Virus record (IMG/VR): IMGVR_UViG_3300028591_000095
Coordinates: 102,641-166,640 of that record
DNA: 64,000 nt
Reading direction: 5' to 3' (one strand)
Origin: a virus
Lineage: Duplodnaviria > Caudoviricetes
Numbering within the stretch: position 1 is the first letter of the stretch; each line of letters begins with the position of its first letter. A model generated the notes under the pieces. It made no database searches. It saw only the letters and a list, made by a program, of their open reading frames with translations, and was not told where the DNA came from. The translations under genes were made by a program, and so were the position numbers. Shown here piece by piece: positions 39,862 to 50,125 of the stretch.

Positions 39862-41625
39862 TTAGTTCCATCTAGCTGGAGGTGTTTTAGGAGGTTTAGA
39901 AGATTTCTTTGTTTGTTGTGGTTTTGGAGCTGATCCAAACATGGTAACACCAGTTGTATCTACAGGAGCTCCACCTGCAGCCTGCTGACGAGCATCAAAA
40001 TCATTTGTTGCGTCGAGAATAGCTGTATCGATTTTCAGCATAGTGTTTATGTCATGATTGATTGCAGCAAGGATCTTTGTGAATCCTTTAGTAACAACAC
40101 CGAGTTGTTTAATTGAACGCATCCAGAGATCATGGTTTGTCTGATAGAGTCCTGGTCTACCTTCAAGATCTTTAAGATGCTCAGCAAGTTGTTCAGTCCA
40201 TTCTGCAGCTTGTTGTGTTGCAGTCAGACATTGTTCTGTCATATTGTAGAAGTTTGCAGAAACCTTTTCATTATGTCCAACCCAATTACCAGCATCATCC
40301 TGATTAAATCCAAGCTTATCAACTTTATGATTGGGCGTTGCACCGAATAATATCGACTTGATATAGTCTTCATTTGAATCATTTATGATAACTTTTGTTT
40401 TCAAAAGTTGCATACCATTAATTGCACGGAGACCTTGTTCGATGTTGGATATTCTAACACCATTGGTATCAATAAGAAGAGGGCTACCCTGACGATGATA
40501 TCCGCAAGCAGCTGCAATAAACTCTGTTGTCTTATATGCAGTACCAGCAAACAACATAAGGTCCTGATAGTCAAATCCTTTCTTGAGATCATACATGTAG
40601 AATGAATATCCTTTAGAGAATATACCAGATAATCTGTTGTATTTCAACCACTCTCTGATCTGATTACGTTTTACACGACTACGTCTCATATGTTCTTTTA
40701 CAAGACTTCCAAGTTTTATAAAGAACTTTACGATCTTCTTGATCTGAGATATAATCCAACCAAGAGGACTCTGTCCTTCAGTAACACTCTTAGGTTGAGT
40801 ATTTACATTCAAAACAGCTTCAGTGTAGAACTCGGAATAGTTCTCAACACGTGAACAGTATTCATTTACAAGTGATGAATAAGTTGATTCTTCCATCATA
40901 TCAAGTAATACTTGCGACTGGAGAATGAAACTTTCCTGTTGAGCAATCTCTTCTTTGGTTTCATCAAACTCTTCATCACTCATAGGTCCGCCGGATACAG
41001 ATATCTTGTCAATTGTAGTAACAATTGCAGTATCTTCATCCATACCCTGACCGATGAGTTCCTCGTATTCTTTCTTTACTTCTGGATCCTTTGGTTCATA
41101 TTTTTCACCAGTAATCAGCGACTTAGCATACATCAGCTGTTCAAGATGAAATCTCTCTTCACGACCAATGTCACCGTATAAACGTGAAAGGTTTGTATCA
41201 ACTGTATTGGTTGTTGCATCGAAGTAGTCGTTGATAGCATCAGATTCTGAAGAAATAAGTTTGTTGAGTATTTCAACATCTTTTTCATTGTACTGATTGT
41301 TTGGTACATCAGGACCACCATGTTTACCGAAGTCCTTGAGATCATAGTCATCAGGACCTTCAGTGGGTTTCGGTTCATCATCTTTTGGTTCAGTATCAGG
41401 TTCTTCATCATCAAGTGATGGCATGTCACCTGGTTCAGAATCATCTTCATCTTCATCTTCAGTTTCATCATCAGATGATTCTACCTGTTTTTCATCAACA
41501 GTTTCATCTTCGAGATCTGAATGAAGGTTGTCTGGATCTTCTTCGAGATCTTCAGTCTCTTCTATCTCAGGTTCCTCAGCTTTATCAGCTTCAAGAATAA
41601 TGAATCCTTTGTTGTCTGTAAACAT
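39862..41625 (-). CDS. Putative head protein with acidic leader, ferritin-like domain and tagged C-terminal unit
   Basis: LISSESDAINDY...DIGREERFHLEQL; then QQES, FYTEA and amphipathic helix LGWIISQIKKIVKFFIKL. Confidence 0.65.
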   Translation of the reverse strand: MFTDNKGFIILEADKAEEPEIEETEDLEEDPDNLHSDLEDETVDEKQVESSDDETEDEDEDDSEPGDMPSLDDEEPDTEPKDDEPKPTEGPDDYDLKDFGKHGGPDVPNNQYNEKDVEILNKLISSESDAINDYFDATTNTVDTNLSRLYGDIGREERFHLEQLMYAKSLITGEKYEPKDPEVKKEYEELIGQGMDEDTAIVTTIDKISVSGGPMSDEEFDETKEEIAQQESFILQSQVLLDMMEESTYSSLVNEYCSRVENYSEFYTEAVLNVNTQPKSVTEGQSPLGWIISQIKKIVKFFIKLGSLVKEHMRRSRVKRNQIREWLKYNRLSGIFSKGYSFYMYDLKKGFDYQDLMLFAGTAYKTTEFIAAACGYHRQGSPLLIDTNGVRISNIEQGLRAINGMQLLKTKVIINDSNEDYIKSILFGATPNHKVDKLGFNQDDAGNWVGHNEKVSANFYNMTEQCLTATQQAAEWTEQLAEHLKDLEGRPGLYQTNHDLWMRSIKQLGVVTKGFTKILAAINHDINTMLKIDTAILDATNDFDARQQAAGGAPVDTTGVTMFGSAPKPQQTKKSSKPPKTPPARWN

Positions 41626-41637
41626 TATATCACTTCC

Positions 41638-42645
41638 TTATATTACATATTCTTTGTATGATTTAATTACATCAGGGTCGATCTTATTAATTGCATTTGA
41701 TAAGTTTGTTATGTACATATTATGATACTCAAGGAGTTTCTTAATTTTAGCAGCATACTCCGCAAATATCTGTGGAATAGCACTATTAATTTCCAAGAGT
41801 TTCTGAATGTCTTCCTTGGTTGGTATTCTGCCAATCTCGACAAGATTTCCATCTATAGTAAAACCACACTTTGGTGTCACTCCGACAACCGGAGGTTTAA
41901 CATCACCGAGATTATTTTTAATATCCTTTTCAAGTCCGATACCATTGTTAATGCTTTTACATACATTACTTACATTTACTTCAAATGAAAATTCTTTAGA
42001 TTTCATAATTGATAACATCTGACCGTTGAGTGCATCTTTTGTCTCAGCATTATCAACTTCTTTACAGAATATCGAAAAATCTGATTCCTTTTTCGAGAAG
42101 TATGGAAAGAATAGTGCTGTTATACGTGTTTTCATATCAGCATCGCTTCCATAGCCAATTGGAATATCATCAGTACCTTCCAAAATCCGTGTAATTCCTT
42201 TAGCTAAACGTCTGGAAATCGTATCAGTGTTCAGATCATTAACCCAAGCTAATAAGTGGTTGTTAATACGGTTATACAACTTCTGAGGTTTTTCAACAAT
42301 ATAAACCTTAGCATTTGCATTTTTACCTTTGAAATGTCTGGGTTCAATGTATCTGAGATTCTTCACAACAGTTGGGATGAATTTGAATATAGCAGTGACG
42401 ATTTTCTTGATTATTGCAAGAACACGTTTAATGATAGATTCTTTCTTCTGAGGTGTTTCACCATCTTCATCATCCCAATCATCATAGGAGTTATCTTCAG
42501 ATTTACTGAAACCGAGATCGTTCTTAACATTATCCCAGAATCGTGTCAATCTTCCCTCCTGATAGAACGGGTCTTCTGATCTTGTTGCTTCTACTGATTC
42601 CATGAATGTTTCAAATGGAACCAGTTTGATTGAATTAGTATCCAT
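41638..42645 (-). CDS. Tagged head-protein family member
   Basis: KLVPFETFMES...FYQEG...IIKRVLAIIKKIVTAIFKFIP. Confidence 0.65.
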   Translation of the reverse strand: MDTNSIKLVPFETFMESVEATRSEDPFYQEGRLTRFWDNVKNDLGFSKSEDNSYDDWDDEDGETPQKKESIIKRVLAIIKKIVTAIFKFIPTVVKNLRYIEPRHFKGKNANAKVYIVEKPQKLYNRINNHLLAWVNDLNTDTISRRLAKGITRILEGTDDIPIGYGSDADMKTRITALFFPYFSKKESDFSIFCKEVDNAETKDALNGQMLSIMKSKEFSFEVNVSNVCKSINNGIGLEKDIKNNLGDVKPPVVGVTPKCGFTIDGNLVEIGRIPTKEDIQKLLEINSAIPQIFAEYAAKIKKLLEYHNMYITNLSNAINKIDPDVIKSYKEYVI

Positions 42646-43867
42646 ATTCTATTACTCCTTCACTTTTAAAATATGATTGTAAACCATACGAATCATTCAA
42701 TGCATCAGCGTCTGTTCTGGCTACATGGAAATTCGAACGGTGTTGACGGTTAAGCTCTCTACCGACTAATGAATGTTTGAGAATATATTCAATTGCACGA
42801 ATCTGACGATCTACAAGAAGTTGACAAGAATCTTTCAACTTTGATGTTGCATTATACAACATCTGATATGCTGTGATTATATACTCAACATTGAGTACCG
42901 GATTGAATAAATAATCGTAATTGTAACTTTTCATAGTGTCAGATGCTTTTGTGCAGTATTTCTGAATCTTAACAAAATTAACTCTGATGTCATCTACATA
43001 ATTCAGAGCAGCCTTTGTTTTCATCTTTTTCATATTGGTTTTTGTAAAGAACTTCTGATCAGTTGTATCAATTGGTGTATGACCCAACATCTGGAAGTCA
43101 ACCGCTTTAACATTCTCAACAAGCTGTTCAAGTTTGGTTATATAAGTTATTGCAAACTTTTCAACTTTATGAGCTTCATGTTGAATCTCTCCGGGTTTAA
43201 CTTTTGCAGTTTTCATCCATTCAATATATCGAGGATCCGATTGATCGAATTTACTATATACGAACTGTTGATCTTCATATGGTAAGTCTGGAGATATCTG
43301 TTTACCATCTTTATCAGTCAATTTAGAATATAAAACTTTAGAGTCTTTTATTCCCTGAACGATTGTCTCATTGAGTCTATTGAAATATCTTGTTGCATCA
43401 ACCATGTCACGACAGAAGTTTCCAGCAACGATTGTGAGTTGGTTTGAAAATTCGAATAACTTTTCAAACATTGTGACATCGAATGATTCATTCTCTGATT
43501 CATTCGTATCATCCCACGGTCTAGCAGCTTCGGAAACATTATCAGGACTCTCGCACCATCTACGAATGGCATCAAGTTTATTCTTGATACCTTTCTCGCG
43601 TAGTGCATAACTGAGCATCTTTACGATAGCAATTATAAGTCTTGGTAAGAACTTAATGATTTTAATTACAATCTTTTCATTCTTACCTTTACCGATTGCT
43701 TCATTGATAAGACGACCCTCTTGAATAACATAATCAAGTTCTTTGACATATTCAGTGTATAGATCAGTGTCAGTATATTCACAGAGTTCTTCCTCATATG
43801 ATTCCATGAATTCTTCAAATGGAACCAACTTAGTGGAAGTATCCATGTCAAAAGGTTTGAGTTTCAT
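42635..43867 (-). CDS. Tagged head-protein family member
   Basis: KLVPFEEFMES...IQEGRLINEAIGKGKNEKIVIKIIKFLPRL. Confidence 0.65.
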   Translation of the reverse strand: MKLKPFDMDTSTKLVPFEEFMESYEEELCEYTDTDLYTEYVKELDYVIQEGRLINEAIGKGKNEKIVIKIIKFLPRLIIAIVKMLSYALREKGIKNKLDAIRRWCESPDNVSEAARPWDDTNESENESFDVTMFEKLFEFSNQLTIVAGNFCRDMVDATRYFNRLNETIVQGIKDSKVLYSKLTDKDGKQISPDLPYEDQQFVYSKFDQSDPRYIEWMKTAKVKPGEIQHEAHKVEKFAITYITKLEQLVENVKAVDFQMLGHTPIDTTDQKFFTKTNMKKMKTKAALNYVDDIRVNFVKIQKYCTKASDTMKSYNYDYLFNPVLNVEYIITAYQMLYNATSKLKDSCQLLVDRQIRAIEYILKHSLVGRELNRQHRSNFHVARTDADALNDSYGLQSYFKSEGVIEYGY

Positions 43868-43877
43868 CCACTACACC

Positions 43878-44984
43878 TCATTTCATATAATCGTCACTAG
43901 ATTTACCAAGTTTACGAGGATTGAATGTCGAATCAGTTCCAGAATCTTTAAAAAACCAATTTATCTTATCTCTGATACTATTGACTCTCCTGAAATAATC
44001 AATAAGTAAATCTTTTATTATTTTAACTTGTGAATCAGACAATGGTTCATAACCAAACTGTTGTTCAGTCTCTTCTTTACCTTCAGCAAGTTTTTGTAAT
44101 TTTTCGGTAAGTGTATCGTTATTCTGATCTATACGTTTAACAATATCCTCATATCTTTTATGTAATTTTATGATCCGATAAGCATAGTCGTAAAAATTCA
44201 TTATTGATGTCGGATTATGTTCATCTTTTAGTTGAGCAGCCTTTTTGGTTAACATTGAGATTTCGGTAAACTCTTCGACACCTGATAAGAAGTGATCAAA
44301 TATTTCTTTTATATCATCTCTAGTCTTCGCTTCATGGATTGACACCTGTTCCACAATCTTTTCAACATAAAAATCAAATCGATTAGCATCTCTCTCAAGA
44401 TCTTTAAGATCTTCACGAAGTTCATTATATACATTCATATCATATTTCAACTTAATATTTTCCATCGATTTGGTTAGATCTACTCTAATCTGATTATCTG
44501 CAGATGAATATTGCTTCCGGAGTTTGTCAGCTCGTTCGAATTTACTCTTGTAGTCATCGCGCTCTAATTCAGCTTTATTAGATCTTGAAAGCAGGTCTTT
44601 CGTAATAGCTTTTTCATTTTCTAAGTCATCTTTCAATTCTGCGTTATCTTCTTTAAGCTTCACATTGGCTTTCTTCAGCTCTTCAAGAGCGTTCTCAAGT
44701 TCTTTGATTTTGATCTTATTTTTGTTTATCTTGTTGAGAAGAGCTCTTACTAATGCTTTCACAAGTCTTGGGATAAACTTGATAACTTTCACCCAAGTCT
44801 TCTCATTCTCGCCCTTACCAGTAGCAGCATCAAGTATCTTACCCTCTTGAATGATTTCGGACATTTCCATGTAAGAATCTGTCATCTCAGCAAACAGTTC
44901 AAGTTCATCAGGTTCACAACCATCATCAATAGAATTCATGAATTCTTCAAAAGGAGTAAGTTTAAATTCAATAGTTTCATTCAT
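43878..44984 (-). CDS. Tagged head-protein family member with coiled-coil body
   Basis: KLTPFEEFMNS...IQEGKILDAATGKGENEKTWVKVIKFIPRL. Confidence 0.65.
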   Translation of the reverse strand: MNETIEFKLTPFEEFMNSIDDGCEPDELELFAEMTDSYMEMSEIIQEGKILDAATGKGENEKTWVKVIKFIPRLVKALVRALLNKINKNKIKIKELENALEELKKANVKLKEDNAELKDDLENEKAITKDLLSRSNKAELERDDYKSKFERADKLRKQYSSADNQIRVDLTKSMENIKLKYDMNVYNELREDLKDLERDANRFDFYVEKIVEQVSIHEAKTRDDIKEIFDHFLSGVEEFTEISMLTKKAAQLKDEHNPTSIMNFYDYAYRIIKLHKRYEDIVKRIDQNNDTLTEKLQKLAEGKEETEQQFGYEPLSDSQVKIIKDLLIDYFRRVNSIRDKINWFFKDSGTDSTFNPRKLGKSSDDYMK

Positions 44985-45000
44985 TATATTTCATCCCCTT

Positions 45001-45930
45001 TCATTTCATATAATAGTCGATGTTCTTATCGATCTTATCATCACCTATATTCTTAAGGCTGTTTACATCATTGATCAATTTCATCTGGAAATCCTTGAGA
45101 TAATTTATATAGTCAACAATGTGACATGTGTAGTTACTGATTATCTTTTCATAGCGTTGTTTAATAAATTTTTTAGTGAAAGAATATTGTCCTTCATAAA
45201 CCACTTTACCATTGATAGTGACTTTACATTCACCAACAGCGCACCATTCATCATATTTTTTATCAGCTCTAGGATTAACTGGTTCTACACGAATATCAAA
45301 TCCTTTATCAATCTTTTTGATAAGACTGTCAATTGTGTCAGATGTATAATCCAGAATCGTATTCAACTCACCAATTGTCATTGGTTTACCTTGTTTAGAC
45401 GATGATACAAGAATGGTTTCAACTTTTCTATTTCTTTTAATTTCTGAAAGTTTATCCTTATCAGGATCTTCGAACCAGAACTCATTATTTTCAGATGCGT
45501 AACGTAATACAGCTCCAATAACAAGTTCTTCGAAATTATCAGTAATCTTTTTCAACTGTTTTCTCGTCTCATTACAGTATTCTAATTCGTCTTTATTGAC
45601 AAAAACTGTACCATACTTTGAGAGTTTAGATGGTCTTCTATAACCTATATTACGAATGAAACCAGCTATCACACCTATGATAGTTTTGATGATAAGTTTG
45701 ATGGTTTGAAGAGCGGTACGCCTTTTAGGATCATCCATTTCATCTTGAAGTTTCCTAATTTTGGGATCGAAATCGAGAGAATCAAAAACAGGTTGAAACT
45801 TTTTACTGAGTTTGTCGAACAGTTCACCTTCTTGGAAAACATCATCTATCCCAAAGTCATCCAGTTCAACATTTGCAGACTCCATCATCTGCTCAAATGG
45901 TGTGAGGTTAAATTCAATACATTCTTTCAT
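45001..45930 (-). CDS. Tagged head-protein family member (start MKECIEF)
   Basis: NLTPFEQMMES...FQEG...LQTIKLIIKTIIGVIAGFIRNI. Confidence 0.65.
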   Translation of the reverse strand: MKECIEFNLTPFEQMMESANVELDDFGIDDVFQEGELFDKLSKKFQPVFDSLDFDPKIRKLQDEMDDPKRRTALQTIKLIIKTIIGVIAGFIRNIGYRRPSKLSKYGTVFVNKDELEYCNETRKQLKKITDNFEELVIGAVLRYASENNEFWFEDPDKDKLSEIKRNRKVETILVSSSKQGKPMTIGELNTILDYTSDTIDSLIKKIDKGFDIRVEPVNPRADKKYDEWCAVGECKVTINGKVVYEGQYSFTKKFIKQRYEKIISNYTCHIVDYINYLKDFQMKLINDVNSLKNIGDDKIDKNIDYYMK

Positions 45931-45978
45931 TATAATCAATTCCTTTCATATAAGATACATGTCGAAACATTACAGATT

Positions 45979-46002
45979 TGTCCCCGGAATATTCCGGGGA
46001 CA
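45979..46002 (-). terminator. Terminator-like hairpin
   Basis: TGTCCCCGGAA-TA-TTCCGGGGACA; flank shared with 51373-51406. Confidence 0.7.
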
Positions 46003-46007
46003 TTAGA

Positions 46008-49000
46008 TCATCTGTTTCTGAAATGGGTAACGAACTCTCTGATTGGTTGAGATTTTCCAGGTTTAAGACAATTAGATTCGAATATAGGTTCACCCTTGGA
46101 GTAATACTCGATACATTGTTTTATATTAGAGCCATACTTCGGATGTCCAGTGAATTCCCATACGTAGTATTTGAATTCATTGGTTTTGTTGATGTTATCA
46201 TTAATCTTCCAATATCCATTAGCAACAATCTTGAATGCTTCTTCAATGGATTTAACTTCGTAAGTTCCAGCAACCTTTTCGAATGATGATTCAGGATATA
46301 CAAATCCACCTTTACCATCTTCAACAAGTACGAATGTATGGGTGTCATGTCCAGGAAGATCAGTTGACATGAAGTATTTCTTACACTTAATACCGTATGC
46401 ATCCAAATATCCTTCTTCGAATTCTACGAAATCATAGCATATACCGCCACCATTCTTTTCGAATTCTTCTGGAGATTGGAGTTTCCATTTGGTATCGTAA
46501 TCGTGTTCACTGCCACCGACAATTCTACCATTCTCAGGAATACCGTATTTGTATCTTTCAAGATCAGCAACCATATCCTTACATACTTCCAATGGTGAAT
46601 AATCATATGGAACATCTTTGAGTACCTTGGGTTTGACCAACCAGTGCCATTTGAAATCATAAACATTACGTTTCTTTGATTCTCCCAATGTTGTTGGTAC
46701 AGCTTTCTTACGACTCTTATCTGTTACGGAATCGATACGAATGATTCCATACTGTTTTAAACGCACGGGTTCTTCGATCCAAATCTCTTTTGTGATATTG
46801 GCATCATAGACTTTCTTTTCATCAACGAGTTGTTTGGTAGTTCTGTATTTGTATTCACTAAGAGGTTTCTCAGGAATATATACATACCAATCACGAAGTT
46901 TGTTTGCAGTCTTCCAACGACCAATGTTCACAATGATTGCATTGAGACAACCTTCGATTGATGGTGAGAAACATACACGTGGTGTTTCAACATCTTCAAA
47001 CTCAGTCTTTGATGGATCGTATTTATCCAAGTATTCAGGAACTCGCGGTTTGAATATCTGACCATCGAGATGTCCCTCTGGCGATATATGATATACGAGA
47101 TTCTTTTCGAATGGTGATACTTTGTTTTTGATATTCTGGATTACTCCTTCTTGAACTGGTTTGGATTTATCAAGTGTCATAATCCAACTAAACTTCTCAT
47201 CTTTAGATATTGTGAATCCAAGAGATCTATACAATTTAATTGCTTTCTGATTATCCTTGGCAACACGAAGAATCAATCTATCATGTCTCTTTATTTCCTG
47301 TTTGAGTATTGATGTACCGATACCTTTTCCACGATGAGCTTCGTCGATGTATATCTCTCCGATATACCACCATTCACCATCATCAATGTAGTAAGCTTCA
47401 AGTATTCCAATAACATCTTTGCCATCAAGAATCATCTTGGTGTTCTTAAGATTATCATAACAATCTTTTTCGATGAACTTGAGAACATTGGGTTTATTAC
47501 GAACTGATTGATTTATGGATTCCAGTTTCCATTTTCTGATATTCGGAATGTCAGATTCTGTTGCTGGACGGAAACGTATTCTTTTTGGTAATGCAGATTC
47601 CTGAACAGGATTGTTTTTGAGTTCTCGTTTGAGTTCTGAAGTAAAACGTTCAGTTGAAGATTTTCTGAGTTCCTTTTCAGCTTCTTCTTTAGTAATCATT
47701 CCTTCTTTTAGCATATAAGGAATATCCTTGTCAGGATCCCATCGAAGTACAGTCGATTCATCATTCCATTTATCAAAGAGATTACGATTGAACTTCTTAC
47801 CACTCAGCTGTACAATGTATGAGTTATCATAATTGATATCTGATACATAATTATGGGATTTTGTAAGTGGTTCTATCTTACCCTGTTGAGGATCAACCAC
47901 ATAATTCTTACCACCAATTCTCATAAGGATAAATTCGTGTCCACCCTTAGAATCTTTCCAATTGACATGACAATAGAATCTACAACCATCGCCAGCTTTA
48001 GTAAGCTCTGATGCAAGATCTGTGTAGTTTTTGAGTTTGATTTGACGTGAACTGAATACTATTTGATTACCAGGAATATCCAATACATCATCACGAGGAG
48101 AATATACTGGTCTAGGAAGTACATCAAGTCCACGCATTCTTGCTTCGAAACACCATGTACACAGCAAGCAATTCTGATTACCGATTGGATCTTTCTGATC
48201 CTTCTTATATTTATCATGAATCAATTTGATTGCATGTTTTACAAATGATTCCAATGCATCTTGTCGTGGTCCGAGTTTATCATATCCAAGTTTACCGGAT
48301 ACATGATAAGTGATTTCACATTTAGTCACATCATCAAATTCCACATTACCATTATCATTCACAATCAACCATTCTTTGGAAGCATCCATCCATGGATAAC
48401 GATAATAGTTGTCATTCCAATTATGTGTAAGAATCTGATGAACATAACCAGTTTGTTTTATCTCATATGGTTCGAGATCTGGATATCCTTCAATGTATAC
48501 ATGTACATCTTTCAAACATCTACCTGATTCTTTCTTATTGAATTTCAACCATTCTTCATACTGACAGTTGTATGATCCTCTAGGAATTCTATTTTGCAAT
48601 TCCATATCACGCGATATGAATATAGATGCTATTGATTTGTATGGAGTTACAAACAATGGTCGATCCAGTTTCATTTCCGGCATGTAGTTCTCTGGTGATG
48701 CAAAGTATACGTATTTGGAATCCGGTGCTGGAACTTTCATCATCTTTCCAGGTTTCACATCTTCAGTAAACGACAACGTGATTTCACGCATTTCATCCAT
48801 TGTATATGCATGATCAATTGGGATTTCTTCACCTGTGATAGCATCATACGCTTCGGTGTAACAATCATCAGGTTCGTATGAATCATTTTCATCAAACTCT
48901 GATGTTCCAGATGTTTCATCATCCAACGGTCCGACAGATTCTTTGGTAGGTTTATCATTCTTTTTATTGATCTTCCAATTTGAAGTATCAATACCATGAG

Positions 49001-49226
49001 CTTTGGCAGCTCGAAGAATTCGTTTAGCTAAAGCATCTTTATACCTGTCATCAGCATGAGGAAACATTCTCATCGCTTGTGTTATATGTGTCTTAGTATC
49101 TTCTTCATTTTTACCTTTCAATGGGAATGATCGAGTCTCAGGTATACCGAAATCGGAATCATCCATTTCGTTTCTATCATCAGCTGACAACTTTTCTTCC
49201 ATTATAAATTCATTAAGTGTCTTCAT
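46008..49226 (-). CDS. Polyvalent multi-enzyme protein: DUF6582-like, ART-like, papain-fold (Tox-PL-like), GNAT, ART-like, transglutaminase/papain-like
   Basis: DSDFGIPETRSFPL..H..QAMRMF; YFAS..LFVTP; NCLLC..EARMRG..GGHEF..VVDPQ; EIYIDEAHRGKGIG..NQKAIKLYRSLGF; VYHIS..PRVCFSPSIEGCL; GGICYDFVE..HTFV. Confidence 0.75.
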   Translation of the reverse strand: MKTLNEFIMEEKLSADDRNEMDDSDFGIPETRSFPLKGKNEEDTKTHITQAMRMFPHADDRYKDALAKRILRAAKAHGIDTSNWKINKKNDKPTKESVGPLDDETSGTSEFDENDSYEPDDCYTEAYDAITGEEIPIDHAYTMDEMREITLSFTEDVKPGKMMKVPAPDSKYVYFASPENYMPEMKLDRPLFVTPYKSIASIFISRDMELQNRIPRGSYNCQYEEWLKFNKKESGRCLKDVHVYIEGYPDLEPYEIKQTGYVHQILTHNWNDNYYRYPWMDASKEWLIVNDNGNVEFDDVTKCEITYHVSGKLGYDKLGPRQDALESFVKHAIKLIHDKYKKDQKDPIGNQNCLLCTWCFEARMRGLDVLPRPVYSPRDDVLDIPGNQIVFSSRQIKLKNYTDLASELTKAGDGCRFYCHVNWKDSKGGHEFILMRIGGKNYVVDPQQGKIEPLTKSHNYVSDINYDNSYIVQLSGKKFNRNLFDKWNDESTVLRWDPDKDIPYMLKEGMITKEEAEKELRKSSTERFTSELKRELKNNPVQESALPKRIRFRPATESDIPNIRKWKLESINQSVRNKPNVLKFIEKDCYDNLKNTKMILDGKDVIGILEAYYIDDGEWWYIGEIYIDEAHRGKGIGTSILKQEIKRHDRLILRVAKDNQKAIKLYRSLGFTISKDEKFSWIMTLDKSKPVQEGVIQNIKNKVSPFEKNLVYHISPEGHLDGQIFKPRVPEYLDKYDPSKTEFEDVETPRVCFSPSIEGCLNAIIVNIGRWKTANKLRDWYVYIPEKPLSEYKYRTTKQLVDEKKVYDANITKEIWIEEPVRLKQYGIIRIDSVTDKSRKKAVPTTLGESKKRNVYDFKWHWLVKPKVLKDVPYDYSPLEVCKDMVADLERYKYGIPENGRIVGGSEHDYDTKWKLQSPEEFEKNGGGICYDFVEFEEGYLDAYGIKCKKYFMSTDLPGHDTHTFVLVEDGKGGFVYPESSFEKVAGTYEVKSIEEAFKIVANGYWKINDNINKTNEFKYYVWEFTGHPKYGSNIKQCIEYYSKGEPIFESNCLKPGKSQPIREFVTHFRNR

Positions 49227-49228
49227 AT

Positions 49229-50110
49229 CTAGTCTCCTATCGGATCATAATATTTTTTGTCACCATAACCTTTAATATCATTTCTTAATGATTCAATAGC
49301 AGCAACATCACCGTTGTTGTCTTTAAGTATATCCACTAAACTGCCAGTTATGTAACCACAACAAAGATATGTTTCACGTAATTCATGTCTAAAACAATAC
49401 TGCATATTGTTGTATACACCCCAACCAAGGTCATAATATAAATTAAAATCTTTATAACCATCAGATGCAGCAGCTTCTCTTTTAGAATAATAGGTTTTAA
49501 TCAAATCATTAACAAATTCTTCATTGAAGGATTCCTCATAGATTTTCATAACTCGTTTAACGATATCAGTTGCAATTGCGATAGCTTTTGTTTGTGAGAT
49601 GATTTGTCCTTTTTTATTTACGGTTGTATCAGAATAAACACGACCAAACAGACGATATCCTTTTTGATGTTCAGGAAAATCAATATATGTATTCAATTCA
49701 AAAACATGTTTTTGAATTTTCTTTCCAGCAATGATATCATCACAATATCTCTGTAGTGCTGGTTTGATCTCTTTACTTATCTCATCCCATCTATCAAGAT
49801 ATTTAATAATAGAATCATATACCTCAGTATTGATATAAACACCTTTACCAGATTTTGCAATAAGTTTCTGAACGATCTTGAGTTTTGATATGATATCACC
49901 AAGCTTTTTGATTACAGCTCGTATCAATCGTGGAATGAATTTGGCTACTTTCTTCCAAGTAGCCTCATCGTTACCTTTACCAAGAGCTTCATCAAGTATC
50001 TTTCCTTCCTGAATGATTTCAGTGAATTCGTCAACACATTCAACATCGACATCAACAGAATTCATGAATTCTTCAAAAGGAGTAAGTTTAAATTCAATAC
50101 ATTCCTTCAT
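49229..50110 (-). CDS. Tagged head-protein family member (start MKECIEF)
   Basis: KLTPFEEFMNS...IQEGKILDEALGKGNDEATWKKVAKFIPRL. Confidence 0.65.
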   Translation of the reverse strand: MKECIEFKLTPFEEFMNSVDVDVECVDEFTEIIQEGKILDEALGKGNDEATWKKVAKFIPRLIRAVIKKLGDIISKLKIVQKLIAKSGKGVYINTEVYDSIIKYLDRWDEISKEIKPALQRYCDDIIAGKKIQKHVFELNTYIDFPEHQKGYRLFGRVYSDTTVNKKGQIISQTKAIAIATDIVKRVMKIYEESFNEEFVNDLIKTYYSKREAAASDGYKDFNLYYDLGWGVYNNMQYCFRHELRETYLCCGYITGSLVDILKDNNGDVAAIESLRNDIKGYGDKKYYDPIGD

Positions 50111-50125
50111 TATAATCAATTCCTT

